NCBI GenBank assembly: GCA_030867685.1
Contig: JAQOWU010000008.1
Span: 1,550,001 to 1,614,000 of the forward strand
DNA length: 64,000 nucleotides
DNA from: Wickerhamiella versatilis
Taxonomy: Eukaryota
Direction of reading: 5' to 3'
The translations under genes and the position numbers were made by a program. The notes beneath the pieces are model-generated. The model did no database searches. It saw only the letters and a program-made list of their open reading frames with translations, and was not told where the DNA came from. Each line of letters opens with the position of its first letter. Position 1 is the first letter of the stretch. Positions 11,688 to 22,990 of the stretch are shown one piece after another.

Positions 11688-12309
11688 GGCATCCGGTTTA
11701 TCCTCTGGGCAAGGGTGTGGTAGTGTCACGGTTACAGATGGTGGCCGAATCGCTTACCTGTCTCGCTAAAGAATGAATAGAATAGCTTAATTAGTTAAAA
11801 TTCAAATTTTTATCATTTGGAAGGTACTATGCGAAATGCTGAATGTTACAATTCTGACACCAATTAATTGCAATGCCACCACCCATCGGCATTACCCTGA
11901 TAAAAAGACATTTTTCGCGGTACACAAACAGTTCAAGTAGCTAGGTTGAGAAAGCCATAATATATCTGTATTATCACCATTCTGGACCCCATTATTTCCA
12001 ACCAGTCTCAGGTAGTGAGGAGACTGTCTGATCTATGTCTTTCGAGGATCAATCACTCTACTTAATCTACCTATTCCTGAGATATGAATGTGAAGCAATG
12101 TTCGAGAAATTATATATATCTGGGGACTAGGTCACTGAAGTTTTCTACTGCCTCTATTCTCTCGCCTGAAAACTCCCCATTGCAAGCCTAAGAAAATACA
12201 TAGTAAATATAAAACCATTCTACGCGGAACTTTATTATTTATCTCAACCCACCTTTACGAAGTATATATGGCTTCTGGATCAATGTGTTGAAGTCCGCAT
12301 TAATCTGTT

Positions 12310-12324
12310 GCAATATCACGTGAC
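12310..12324 (+). promoter_or_regulatory. Cbf1 E-box with adjacent RYAAT Met4-recruitment motif
   Basis: GCAAT-AT-CACGTGAC, ending ~55 nt upstream of the MET10 ATG (12377). Confidence 0.7.
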
Positions 12325-12376
12325 CCAATTGATCGAATTTGACCTCCGAACTCCGAATAAGTCACAAACACTGTTC

Positions 12377-15331
12377 ATGAGTTCTGGTAGACAAATTGCA
12401 GGTCTTCCTGAGCGTATTCCAGAGAAAACCTATCATGCTAAACTACCACCAGCAGCTCTTGTGCAGCGTGTTGCATACGACCTATCGGATGCAGTCTTTT
12501 CATTTTATGCTCCTGTATTCGATCTAGACTTTGGCCTGAGTGACTGGAGCAATACCAAGCGCCCTAACAGCGCAGGTGAAGTACCTTTTGTAACGTCTCT
12601 TGAGGTGCGCATAGGTGCTGGAAGTGCGTTGTTGGGATACTTGTCTGAGGCAGAGAATAAAACTCGTGCGAGCGTGCTGGCTACAACTGGAGCATTCCGC
12701 CTTATGGAACCTGTCCTTGCAGCCAGAACCTCCGAGCTGTCTCGTTCTAAAGTTGCATTCCATGTTGCTGCTGTCGACTACGATATTATCTCAGGTACCA
12801 TTGTCGCAGATGATGCGAGAATCTATAACACAGCACGCAATCTGGGAATTCCTGCGGTCACTTCGAATCTACACTCGCAAGACGACTTCTACAACACTTC
12901 TGTACTAACCTCTATTATTTCCCAGTCATTAGGACCTATCGTGCACGTGTACGATGGACTGCGTGGTTCCCGTCAAGCAGTTCATTCATTGGTATCCGAG
13001 TCTCTGCCTAAAACGCTTCCAAGCGTTGAATCCATTCACCAAGCGTTTTCTGAGACTAACGCTCTGCTAAAGACTAATTTGGCTCCTTTTGAGTATAGCG
13101 GTCCCGCTGAGCCCTCTGTTGTGCTCGTGTCGCTTGGTTTACCAGCTGTCTTTGCCGGATACAATGGAGTTGGTGCTGTGAATGTGCGCTTGTATTCTCC
13201 TTTCCTTACTGAGGAATTTTGGAAAGTGGTCCCTACTACAGCTTCACGCCTCGTTGTTGTTGGTAAGAGTCCTGATTTATACAAGGATGTCTCTGCCGCG
13301 TGTGCCACTAGATTTGGACTGAGGAATGGTCCCGAGATTTCTAAATTGTTGATCAACCCCGTAGAGGAGCTTACGCCCTTGACCATAGCTGACTTTTTGG
13401 GGGTTTCGGCACCCTCCTCTCCGACAGCAATAAAAGTTTGGGATTCGGATAAGTCTGGGACTGCTGCTGCTGCGGGATCACTTTCATTATCTCCGCTTGA
13501 GCCAACACCCACAACGTATGCTGTGTTTGACAACTGTTTGAATGCGGGTACTGTCCAGACCGACTTGTGGTTTGTGGATGATAAGGAGTTCACACCCTGG
13601 TGGCCAGTGAAGTCGGCTGGATCAGTTGTAGTTGCCGATCAAAGTCTCCTAAAGCTTCTTGATGTAACAGCGACAGCACAGCCTGGTGCTGTAATTGTGG
13701 TAAATGTCGGTTCAGCTGATGAAATACCTCCAGCTGCCAAGCTAGCTTTGTTAAACAGCAAAGCCCGGGTATACAGTGCTTCTCTACCGAATTCTGACGC
13801 CGTCCAGGCTCTCATCTGGCATCTGGCGGATAGCAAACTTAACCTTGACCAAATTACGACGCGTCTGGTTCAATCTAATGGTAATCAAAAGGAACTGGTC
13901 GCGGCTGAAGTACACAAAGTTGTAGAGGGTGCCATTGAATCTCTTACTGAGTTGAAGCTGGAGGCCCCGGCTGATATTGCTGATAAAGATAAGACCAACC
14001 TACTCGAGGATTTGAACTGCACTAGCTTCTACCCTGCACCCTCATTTAGCGATGAACCATCCGCCGATGCGGGAGTTGAAGAACTCTCTAAAAATGACTT
14101 GGTGCAAAGATTTGTGTTTCCAGAAGCATTTGATGCACACACAGAGCTACGTCCTGATGTGGCTGGAAAGACGTATATTGCCAAGGTCAAGACAAATCAA
14201 GCCGTCACTCCTGAAAATTATGATCGTTATATCTTCCACATTGAGCTTGATATCAGTGGTACTGGTCTACGCTATGGGATTGGCGAAGCACTGGGAATTC
14301 ATGCACCAAACAATGAAACTGCGGTTTTGGAGTTCATGGATTGGTATAGAATTTCTCAAACAGAAATCGTTGCAGCACCGAGCCGCGAGGATCCCCAAAT
14401 TTTTGAATATAAGACTGCGTTCCAAGCGTTAAGGGACAATTTTGATCTCTTCGGAAAAGTTCCAAAGAGGTTCTACGAAGGATTGTCACCGTATGCCACG
14501 GATGAGAAGCAGCGGAAACATCTTGAGAAATTGGCGTCTACCAATGGCACGCCAGAACTCAAGAAACGTTCCGACGACTGGACACTTAATTATGTGGATA
14601 CTCTGCATGAATTCCATTCAGCGCATCCCCCACTTGATAAGCTTTTGGAGCTCATTTCGCCACTAAAACGACGTGAGTATTCTATCGCGTCTTCCCAGAA
14701 AGTGCACCCTAACGAAGTACACTTGCTGATTGTTGTCGTTGATTGGAAGACACAAGATGGCACCATTCGTTATGGGCAGTGTTCTAAATTTTTAGCTGAC
14801 CTCCAACGTGGCGCGGAAGTTGTTGTAAGTGTGAAACCGTCAGTTATGAAGCTTCCAAGTGATCCGGCAGTTCCTATCATAATGGCTGGTCTTGGAACAG
14901 GATTGGCACCTTTCAAGGCATTTCTTGAGGAGAAAATGTGGCAGCGAGAACAGGGCCACGACGTCGGGAATGTATACTTGTTCCTGGGATCTCGCCATCA
15001 ACGGGAAGAATATCTCTACGGTGAGCAGTTCGAAGCTTTCAAGGCTGCCGGTATTCTAACACACATTGGTGCGGCGTTCAGTCGAGACCAGCCTGAAAAG
15101 ATCTACATCCAGCACCGCATCAAACAAGCTAAAAAGGAATTAATCGACGCTTTTGTGAAAAAGAATGGTACTTTCTACTTATGCGGACCTACCTGGCCTG
15201 TACCTGATATATCTGAGGCCCTCACAGATATAGTTGTTTCCGAGGCTATTGCGCGTGACGCAACCGTGGATGAGGACAAGTTGATTGAGGACCTGAAAGA
15301 CACTGAGAGATATATACTTGAGGTTTATTAG
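12377..15331 (+). CDS. MET10: Sulfite reductase flavoprotein (alpha) subunit
   Basis: KRREYSIASSQ, MAGLGTGLAPFKAF and FYLCGPTWPVPD motifs; ends RYILEVY. First ATG at 12377. Confidence 0.95.
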   Translation: MSSGRQIAGLPERIPEKTYHAKLPPAALVQRVAYDLSDAVFSFYAPVFDLDFGLSDWSNTKRPNSAGEVPFVTSLEVRIGAGSALLGYLSEAENKTRASVLATTGAFRLMEPVLAARTSELSRSKVAFHVAAVDYDIISGTIVADDARIYNTARNLGIPAVTSNLHSQDDFYNTSVLTSIISQSLGPIVHVYDGLRGSRQAVHSLVSESLPKTLPSVESIHQAFSETNALLKTNLAPFEYSGPAEPSVVLVSLGLPAVFAGYNGVGAVNVRLYSPFLTEEFWKVVPTTASRLVVVGKSPDLYKDVSAACATRFGLRNGPEISKLLINPVEELTPLTIADFLGVSAPSSPTAIKVWDSDKSGTAAAAGSLSLSPLEPTPTTYAVFDNCLNAGTVQTDLWFVDDKEFTPWWPVKSAGSVVVADQSLLKLLDVTATAQPGAVIVVNVGSADEIPPAAKLALLNSKARVYSASLPNSDAVQALIWHLADSKLNLDQITTRLVQSNGNQKELVAAEVHKVVEGAIESLTELKLEAPADIADKDKTNLLEDLNCTSFYPAPSFSDEPSADAGVEELSKNDLVQRFVFPEAFDAHTELRPDVAGKTYIAKVKTNQAVTPENYDRYIFHIELDISGTGLRYGIGEALGIHAPNNETAVLEFMDWYRISQTEIVAAPSREDPQIFEYKTAFQALRDNFDLFGKVPKRFYEGLSPYATDEKQRKHLEKLASTNGTPELKKRSDDWTLNYVDTLHEFHSAHPPLDKLLELISPLKRREYSIASSQKVHPNEVHLLIVVVDWKTQDGTIRYGQCSKFLADLQRGAEVVVSVKPSVMKLPSDPAVPIIMAGLGTGLAPFKAFLEEKMWQREQGHDVGNVYLFLGSRHQREEYLYGEQFEAFKAAGILTHIGAAFSRDQPEKIYIQHRIKQAKKELIDAFVKKNGTFYLCGPTWPVPDISEALTDIVVSEAIARDATVDEDKLIEDLKDTERYILEVY

Positions 15332-15459
15332 CTTAGCCTATTTCCCTTTTTTTTTCTATAGAAGAATTTATAGTTTAAAGGATCCGTCCCTAGATTTCTA
15401 TGAGATAGTCAGACTGGCTGCCGCATACGTAAGCTATAATTGACACAGCTCAGAGGAAG

Positions 15460-17130
15460 ATGGAGCTTCCGGCCGAGGTTCTCGTGGCAGTCTTTGCATG
15501 GCTGCCACTGAAGGACCTCGAAACTGTTCCACTTGTTTGTCGCAAGTGGTACGAAGCTGCTGGAGAACCTGTCTGGAAGCGGCAATTTTTGGATAGGTTT
15601 GGATCGTTGGATGTCAGACCGCTGAAACCTCAGTCAGAATTTAGCTGGAGACGCGAACTCGTACTTAGATTGGAAGCACTGCATTCATGGCGTAAAGGTA
15701 AGTTCCAAAATGTGTCCTACAACTCCACTCTTCATGATGTCACAGACATCTTTCCAGACTTCCCTAGTAGGCGGCTTGTTTGCTATAATCGTCACTTTGG
15801 AATTGGCAACTTCAGTGATCTTCAAACAGGAAAAGTTGCCAAGAGACGATTCTACGCATCCCAAAGAGGTCATCAGCACCATCCCGTCGCTGCAGTTGAT
15901 GGTTCGCGGTTAGGAATGATATATGGATTTTATGATGGTACAGTTGCCACTGTAACTTTCACAAAAGAACATGGAGTACTGAGCTACAAAGAACTACCTT
16001 ATAAGCATCGCTCGAGTGTTGTGGCAGTATGGGTGGCCAAGGGTGCACGTAATGTCTCGGACAACGGTGAGACAATATCCACGGCCTCTGCCGGACACGA
16101 TGGCCAGGTATTCCTAACTTGTAAGACTGAAATCTGTAAACATGAAATTGGACAACCTATTTTGGCAATGAGATGTACAGGCACCTACACTTGGGCGCTA
16201 GATTCTGGAGGCGGGGTATGGGAAATCACACCCGGGTCTTGCACCCAGGTTGGAAAATTGAAGACCGTAGAGGAAGCATCGATGCATATATGTGAAGATA
16301 ACAGCGCAATAGTGAACAATTCCCGGGAGATTTGGACGGTCAGGGCAGGTTATCTATCTGAATATGAGCTTCCGCAGCACCTTTCTGGGAAAAAGATGAC
16401 TGCATTTGCCGTTTCCAATCATTATATCGCTGCTGCCATCTCTGACATAATAATAATTTGGCAGGTAGGCAGATTTACACCTTTCAAGTGGTACGTCAGC
16501 CCTATTCCACGAGATCACACTGTTGAATCCCTCGAAAAACCGCCTATCACCAGGCTTGCTCTCAACGATGTAGTACTACTTGTTGCTGGATATAATGGTC
16601 TAGCCATTGCTGTCGATCTATTGACAGGTACGATGCTGCGTCAGGTTTCTACACGGATATCAAAGAATGTACTAGAGTATCGCAGATATTCGGCGGACGG
16701 TTTGGTGCCTGTCACTGCCTTGGAAGTGGACCAAGATCCGTGGCAGCCACATGGTGTCATTGGTGTACGGCCCATGATCCAGTATTTTGATTTTGGGATA
16801 ACAAAGCCTTCGAATCTAGCGAAGAAGCGGAAGAAAGCTCCTGCTCCTCGATCGTCAGATTCTGCTGCACTGCAAGTGGCGGAATCTCTCGAGTTGGCAG
16901 AGATTGATCAAGAGAGACAAGATTTCCTGGAAGATCTGCGTGATGAGTACGCACCGCAAGATCTCGACGAAAATGAGCAATTAGAGTATGCCATGATGCT
17001 CAGCCGTGATGTCCCCGATGAGAGTAGCGATACCGAGCTTCAGCATGCTCTGGAATTATCACGCACCGCTCCTACAGAAGACGAAACCGATCTAGAGCTG
17101 GCAATTCGACTTAGTTTGGAAGACAGCTAA
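15460..17130 (+). CDS. F-box / beta-propeller / UIM protein (Ufo1/Pof10-like SCF adaptor)
   Basis: N-terminal F-box LPAEVLVAVFAWL...LVCRKW; three C-terminal UIMs (LEYAMMLS, LQHALELS, LELAIRLS). Confidence 0.75.
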   Translation: MELPAEVLVAVFAWLPLKDLETVPLVCRKWYEAAGEPVWKRQFLDRFGSLDVRPLKPQSEFSWRRELVLRLEALHSWRKGKFQNVSYNSTLHDVTDIFPDFPSRRLVCYNRHFGIGNFSDLQTGKVAKRRFYASQRGHQHHPVAAVDGSRLGMIYGFYDGTVATVTFTKEHGVLSYKELPYKHRSSVVAVWVAKGARNVSDNGETISTASAGHDGQVFLTCKTEICKHEIGQPILAMRCTGTYTWALDSGGGVWEITPGSCTQVGKLKTVEEASMHICEDNSAIVNNSREIWTVRAGYLSEYELPQHLSGKKMTAFAVSNHYIAAAISDIIIIWQVGRFTPFKWYVSPIPRDHTVESLEKPPITRLALNDVVLLVAGYNGLAIAVDLLTGTMLRQVSTRISKNVLEYRRYSADGLVPVTALEVDQDPWQPHGVIGVRPMIQYFDFGITKPSNLAKKRKKAPAPRSSDSAALQVAESLELAEIDQERQDFLEDLRDEYAPQDLDENEQLEYAMMLSRDVPDESSDTELQHALELSRTAPTEDETDLELAIRLSLEDS

Positions 17131-17380
17131 CATTGAGAAAATCGAAAAAATGACGTTAAAAATTATAGCATATGATTCTATGGCAAAACCAAATATAATT
17201 ATTATTGCATTATTTTAGTGAGTGTGCATTTCTTCCCGATACATACTCAAAATTAATTTGCTGAGAGAACTCAAAACGTCTTGAAATTTTCTAACCCGCA
17301 TAATGGGACGCGTGTTAATTGTTATTACTAACGATGACCACCAGATAAATATAGACCAAAAACATTAATCAGATTATATT

Positions 17381-20224
17381 ATGGACCCTTACTACCGGCA
17401 TCTGGATGAGGAGGACGACTGGGATGATAGAACAGTACCGGCTCTTCGTGTAGGGCGTACAGATGAGTACGAAGACAGAACTGGATCTTACAATCATGAC
17501 ACACCAGATCAGAATGAAGTGCCTTATCCACCGACAGAAATTGGGGATGAATCGTACTATCCGTACGAGACTAGTGGGGCCTATGCACAGCACTTAGCAC
17601 CAGCACCACCTGCTTCTGCTATGCGGCCAAGCTTTGAAGCAGACGATAGTTTAAGGTACACTGGCTACGATCCTCAGGCTGCTTACGAGCTCCCGCAACG
17701 GCCACTAGTACCACCAAAATATGAATGGGATGACATTGAGGGCCAAACGAATCATGCTAACCCCCCACCTCTACTCAACATATTTGGAATGCCAATTGGA
17801 AGCCAAACTCAAGAGTATGCAGCAGAAATGGATGATGACATCGATAGCTTGGACCCGATTCATATAGATGGTGATGAGTATGCCATCAATACTTATGACC
17901 AGGATAGTACTGCGCAAGGCAAGGTACCAGAAGTACAGTTGTTTCGTGGTAATCTTGTCCTTGACTGCCCGGTATCAAATATATTGCTCGAACAATATCC
18001 TGAACACAATCCAGTACGAGAGTTTACGCATATGCGATACACTGCAGCTACATGTGATCCCTCTACTTTTGTTGCTGACGACTATACATTAAGACAAATG
18101 TGCTACGCAACGCCACGGCAGACAGAGATATTTGTGATTGTAACTGTTTACAATGAGAATGATGTTCTGCTAGCGAGAACCCTGCAGGGAGTGTTCAACA
18201 ATATTCGACACCTCTGTCATCGAGACCGTTCAAGTACATGGGGCCAAGATGCATGGAAAAAAGTTGTGGTTTGCGTGGTTGCCGATGGCCGCACCAAGTT
18301 GAACCCCCGTTCTCGAGCACTGATGGCTGCCCTAGGTGTTTATCAAGATGGACTAGCGAAGAATTCGGTGAACGATAAGGAAGTGCAGGCACATATATAT
18401 GAATATACTACTATGGTAAGGATTGCCAAAGTCACAGAAGAAAATGTCCGGCTAACCTGTGATAAAGCTATTCCCGTTCAGGTCATGTTCTGTTTGAAAG
18501 AAAAAAATGCAAAGAAAATCAATTCGCATCGTTGGGCTCTACAAGCATTTGCTCCACTACTGCAGCCCGAGGTTTGTGTCCTTTTAGATGCAGGAACACG
18601 GCCTGGAAATCGTTCAATCTATCATTTGTGGAAGAGTTTCGCAAGAGACCCACAGATTGGGGGTGCATGTGGGGAGATAGCGACTCAGACTGGGCGCCTC
18701 GGTTCCAAGCTCCTGAATCCTGTCGTGGCAGCGCAGAATTTTGAATATAAAATGTCTAATATTTTGGACAAACCAACGGAAAGTGTATTCGGATTTATCA
18801 CCGTATTACCTGGAGCTTTTAGTGCATATCGCTATGCAGCTCTGGCAGACACACCTCTTGAAAAATACTTCAAAGGCGAAAAGCTTGAAGGTAAGGGTGG
18901 TGTGTTCCAGGCTAACATGTATCTAGCAGAGGACCGTATCCTATGCTGGGAATTAGTTGCCAAGCGAAACAGCAATTGGCTATTAAAGTACGTGAAGTCT
19001 GCTAAGGCACATACAGATGTGCCCGAAAAATTGAGTGACCTCATTTTGCAGCGCCGCCGCTGGCTCAATGGGTCTTTCTTTGCACAAGTATATTCTCTTG
19101 CTCATGTATGGAACATCTGGGGATCCGCTCACTCAATTGGTCGCAAGTTGTTTCTTCACCTGGAATTTTTGTATCAGGCCTTTGTGCTGCTATATTCCTG
19201 GTTCAATATCGCAAATTTCTTTCTTGTCTTTCATATTCTCACTAATTCACTAGGTGATGAAAGTGCTGGCTTTGCACCAGGCAAAATATTAAGCGTGATT
19301 CTAACTTGGGTATATGCAGTCTGTATACTGCTTACCTTCATTCTTTCTTTTGGAAACAGGCCTAAGGGTGCCCGATATTTATTTGACCTGATCGTCACAA
19401 TCTACGCTCTGATTATGGCCTATATTCTCTTTGCTGTCATATATATATCAGTAAAGTCGATCGAATATTCAATTTGTGCTAATGGTGGGTTCGAGCCAAA
19501 ATTATTGGTTCTAAATAGTACTTTTCGGGACATCATCATATCTCTTCTGGCAACATACGTGCTTTACATTCTGGCTTCGTTGATCTTCCTTGATCCTTGG
19601 CACATGATCACAAGTTTCCTACAATACACGCTACTCAGTCCGGCATATATTAACGTTTTCAACGTATATGCGTTCTGCAATACGCACGATATATCGTGGG
19701 GTACACGTAGTGAGGGTCCCAAGTCAGACTTGGGAGCTGTTAAGGCGAACGACAGTGGTAAAGTCGAGGTGGAACTACCGACAAGTACTGATTTAGTCGA
19801 TAAGTATTATCTTACAGAAGTCGAACGCTTGTCAGAACCGTTGGATGTCGATGAACCAGCCCCTCCATCGTCCGATGATAAACGGAAGGATTACTATGAA
19901 ATGGTACGTTCCCTTGTTGTTATAGCGTGGATTATCTCAAATTTAGCACTTATTGGAGTCATACTCAACGTGGGAGGGTTTCAAACCCTTATTGGTGATA
20001 AGACTGAAGGTTCCAGCTCTACCTCCGCCTCTGACTCCTCCACTAATTCGGGAAGTCAGTATGTTAGACGTGCAGCATCCGATGCATGTCAAAAAATTGT
20101 CTCAAACTCTTCAACCACATCAAGGGTATACATGGCGGTCGTGCTTTGGTCCATGTGTGCTATGGCGGCTTATAGATTTATCTTTAGCACCACCTATTTC
20201 TTTTTGTGGCTTTTCCGGAAATAA
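17381..20224 (+). CDS. Chitin synthase, class I type
   Basis: 947 aa; CLKEKNAKKINSHRW, LLDAGT, YLAEDRILC and QRRRW motifs; multi-TM C-terminus. Confidence 0.93.
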   Translation: MDPYYRHLDEEDDWDDRTVPALRVGRTDEYEDRTGSYNHDTPDQNEVPYPPTEIGDESYYPYETSGAYAQHLAPAPPASAMRPSFEADDSLRYTGYDPQAAYELPQRPLVPPKYEWDDIEGQTNHANPPPLLNIFGMPIGSQTQEYAAEMDDDIDSLDPIHIDGDEYAINTYDQDSTAQGKVPEVQLFRGNLVLDCPVSNILLEQYPEHNPVREFTHMRYTAATCDPSTFVADDYTLRQMCYATPRQTEIFVIVTVYNENDVLLARTLQGVFNNIRHLCHRDRSSTWGQDAWKKVVVCVVADGRTKLNPRSRALMAALGVYQDGLAKNSVNDKEVQAHIYEYTTMVRIAKVTEENVRLTCDKAIPVQVMFCLKEKNAKKINSHRWALQAFAPLLQPEVCVLLDAGTRPGNRSIYHLWKSFARDPQIGGACGEIATQTGRLGSKLLNPVVAAQNFEYKMSNILDKPTESVFGFITVLPGAFSAYRYAALADTPLEKYFKGEKLEGKGGVFQANMYLAEDRILCWELVAKRNSNWLLKYVKSAKAHTDVPEKLSDLILQRRRWLNGSFFAQVYSLAHVWNIWGSAHSIGRKLFLHLEFLYQAFVLLYSWFNIANFFLVFHILTNSLGDESAGFAPGKILSVILTWVYAVCILLTFILSFGNRPKGARYLFDLIVTIYALIMAYILFAVIYISVKSIEYSICANGGFEPKLLVLNSTFRDIIISLLATYVLYILASLIFLDPWHMITSFLQYTLLSPAYINVFNVYAFCNTHDISWGTRSEGPKSDLGAVKANDSGKVEVELPTSTDLVDKYYLTEVERLSEPLDVDEPAPPSSDDKRKDYYEMVRSLVVIAWIISNLALIGVILNVGGFQTLIGDKTEGSSSTSASDSSTNSGSQYVRRAASDACQKIVSNSSTTSRVYMAVVLWSMCAMAAYRFIFSTTYFFLWLFRK

Positions 20225-20248
20225 GTGTGTGTGTGTGTGTTTTTTTTT
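20225..20248. repeat. (GT)8 microsatellite followed by a T run
   Basis: gtgtgtgtgtgtgtgt then tttttttt directly after the chitin synthase stop codon. Confidence 0.9.
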
Positions 20249-20461
20249 GTTTTCCGGGACTCGAGATTCGAGCAGCAATGTTTTTCCCACGCCAAATGAC
20301 CATCCAGTTTTTAAATAACTCTCTCCATCATCGAGAAGAAAAAAACTCTTATAAAGCATATCTATCCTAAGTGCTGAAATGATAGCCCTTTTTTTGAGCA
20401 AATGCATAAATAAATATATCTACCGATAAGAATACAGATAAATATGAATTCTCCTTCGATC

Positions 20462-20713
20462 TCAGGCGTCATAATACCTCCTCTTCATCTCCCTATATAC
20501 CCTCAATTTATAAAGAGTCTCTAATTCTCTCTTGACATACTCGCCATGAGCTATTGCATTCTCAATGTCGCCGATATTTGTCAAATTAGATTTAGCCCTG
20601 AATGCATTTTTCAGCTGTAGGCAGAATTGGCGATGGTCAGAAGGGTAATCTTTACCCATATATATTAGCTCTTTCAGTAACAATAGCACACGGGAACGCG
20701 TACTGACCATCAT
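20462..20713 (-). CDS. LYR-motif protein, LYRM5/ETFRF1-like
   Basis: KELIYMGKDYP...LKNAF...GEYVKRELETLYKLRVYREMKRRY. Start may be 20737, 20713 or 20710. Confidence 0.8.
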   Translation of the reverse strand: MMVSTRSRVLLLLKELIYMGKDYPSDHRQFCLQLKNAFRAKSNLTNIGDIENAIAHGEYVKRELETLYKLRVYREMKRRYYDA

Positions 20714-20770
20714 TCCAAGCCGAGTTGTAGTCAGCATACACTTAGCTATCCAGCCTCACCTTGCTGCACC

Positions 20771-22966
20771 ATGGATTCTGCGGACCTGGTGGGGCAATTA
20801 TTTGGCTCTAAGGGTAAAATTCCCGATATTCCTGCTCTTAGAATGAAAATACAGCGTGAAAAGATGCTTGTAGATAGCCAACTCCAAACAGGAATTCAGG
20901 CACAGGTTGGAATATTAAACAAGGGAATGCAGGATCTCACAAAAGCAAGACAAGACGTTGAGACTGCCCAATCAATATTTAGTGAAATGCATCAATCGCA
21001 TGAGGAATCAGCAGAAGCTGTTAGTGACTTTGCTAAAATCCAGAAGCTCTTCACCGTCGTTGCTAACTTTGATCAAACATGCCGGTTCATGGATCACTTC
21101 TCGTCATTTTCAAGCGACATAAGCGCTTTAAAGAAGCTCATGAGTGCTGATGGCCCATTCGAAATAGAATCACGCATGCCCAATTTGCTCAAAACGCATT
21201 ATGCGATAACCCAGATACGCAATGTTCAAGATGAGGCTCAAAGGTTCCTACTACAGCACGAAGCAACTTCTGATACCCGTGCTATCGTACGAAAACACTT
21301 TGAGCCCTTAGACAAGCTAGTCGAAGTATTCGATGAGACACTTTTTGACATCGCTGGATGCCTTCTAGAAATCTTGAGGACAGGTGATTCCAGCCTAGTG
21401 GTTCGGGTGGCAAAAATTGTGGACTACGAAGAAAAAAGAGACTTGGTGGTTAAAATGTCTTCGAAGTTAGAAGGTGTTCAGCCGAGGCACTACCCGCAGC
21501 GCTTTTTCGGTGCGGTCGAATCTTCTGTAAAAGATATTTTCAAGAACCTAATGGCCGAATACTCTCCGATGAATATGCCAGAAGAGCTATTGGAAAATCT
21601 GGATTGGGTATATAGTGATCTCAGTGCTGCTCGTCAACTACTGCAACCATGTGTACCTGAACGTTGGAAAGTTTTTGACAAGTACGTTTCCTTCTATCAT
21701 CAGGCAATGCATGATCTACTGGAAACTATCATGAAGTACGAACCATCGGCAGCAACTTTGTTAGTCTTGCTCCAATTTGTCAAAAAATATTATGCCACCA
21801 TGCGTGAAAACTTCGGATTGACCAAGAAAGCTCTGCAACCACCGCTGCTGGATGGCCGAGAGAAAGAGTACTATGAGGATTATCTTAAAATGCTGGTCTC
21901 CAAACTCAAGGAATGGTATAAAACAATCGCAGTTGAAGAACAAAGGCCCTTCCGAATGCGTTCTTCTCCCCCAGAAATTCATCACGATGGCTCGCTAGGG
22001 CTTGAAGGGCATACAACAGTTTCCAAACTGGTGTCACAGCAGCTCGAAGTTGCAGCAAATAGTAGTCAAGGGCGTGTGGTTGCTGGATGTGTTGATGCTT
22101 GTTGCGAGATCTTAATGCAGCGCCAACAGGAGTGGATAAATGTGGTGCATGAGGAGGTGAATCGTGAAACTTCCCCTGTTGAAGGTGATGAGGCCCCACC
22201 TGGATTGTTTGAATATCTTATGGCCCTCGCAAATGACCAGGATCGTTCATACTTATTCTTGGAGGACCTCAGTGCTAAATGGAGTGAACCATTGCCGTCA
22301 AAATATAAACAGCAGGTACAACAGCGATTTGAAGAAGCGCAACAAGGCTATCAGGAAGTAACAAAGACGTGTGTTGTTGGTATATTACGGATTATTTTCG
22401 CTGATTGTGCCAAGGCCTTTGATAAGATATTTGTAGATTCCCGATGGCTGAAAGGCACTACTTCTCAGGAGATCGTTGATACGCTTGCTGACTTCGTCAG
22501 TGAAGCTCAGGCAGCGCTAATACCAGACTTGTTTGATATTTTCACGTACAGATTGTGCGCTGAAACCGTGTTACATTACTTGAAGGCTACCACACATGCA
22601 CGGGGAAAGCTATCCATGCCCAAAGGAAAAGAACGTATTCTACAAGATGTACAGCTCTTCTATGGGTTCTTCACAAAGGAAGATATTTCTGCAGATCCTG
22701 GAGATATTGACGAGTTATTTTCGGTCTTTGGACCGTTCTGTGACGCACTCGAAGTTCCTGTGAGCAGGTTAGCCGACCCCTTTGAGGCACTTAGAGATAA
22801 AATTTGGGATGCCCCTGTTGATCTCTATGAGTGCATGATTGGCATTCGTAAAGATGTGGATAAATCGGCTTTTAAAGCCACCATGGCGCGTGTACGAGCA
22901 TTCGCTGTGCAGTCGCAGGGTGGATCGGAGCAAGAGCATACGTTCTTACACGAATTTCGTAGATAG
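20771..22966 (+). CDS. SEC6: Exocyst subunit Sec6
   Basis: 731 aa helical protein; MPNLLKTHYAI, LVVRVAKIVDYEE, EYLMALANDQ. Confidence 0.9.
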   Translation: MDSADLVGQLFGSKGKIPDIPALRMKIQREKMLVDSQLQTGIQAQVGILNKGMQDLTKARQDVETAQSIFSEMHQSHEESAEAVSDFAKIQKLFTVVANFDQTCRFMDHFSSFSSDISALKKLMSADGPFEIESRMPNLLKTHYAITQIRNVQDEAQRFLLQHEATSDTRAIVRKHFEPLDKLVEVFDETLFDIAGCLLEILRTGDSSLVVRVAKIVDYEEKRDLVVKMSSKLEGVQPRHYPQRFFGAVESSVKDIFKNLMAEYSPMNMPEELLENLDWVYSDLSAARQLLQPCVPERWKVFDKYVSFYHQAMHDLLETIMKYEPSAATLLVLLQFVKKYYATMRENFGLTKKALQPPLLDGREKEYYEDYLKMLVSKLKEWYKTIAVEEQRPFRMRSSPPEIHHDGSLGLEGHTTVSKLVSQQLEVAANSSQGRVVAGCVDACCEILMQRQQEWINVVHEEVNRETSPVEGDEAPPGLFEYLMALANDQDRSYLFLEDLSAKWSEPLPSKYKQQVQQRFEEAQQGYQEVTKTCVVGILRIIFADCAKAFDKIFVDSRWLKGTTSQEIVDTLADFVSEAQAALIPDLFDIFTYRLCAETVLHYLKATTHARGKLSMPKGKERILQDVQLFYGFFTKEDISADPGDIDELFSVFGPFCDALEVPVSRLADPFEALRDKIWDAPVDLYECMIGIRKDVDKSAFKATMARVRAFAVQSQGGSEQEHTFLHEFRR

Positions 22967-22990
22967 TTTATGTATTTATATGTTTAACGC

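Noticed and set aside
11705-11757. Possible 5' UTR intron of the Vid28-like gene (GTAAGC...CAG)
   Set aside because: No convincing branch point.
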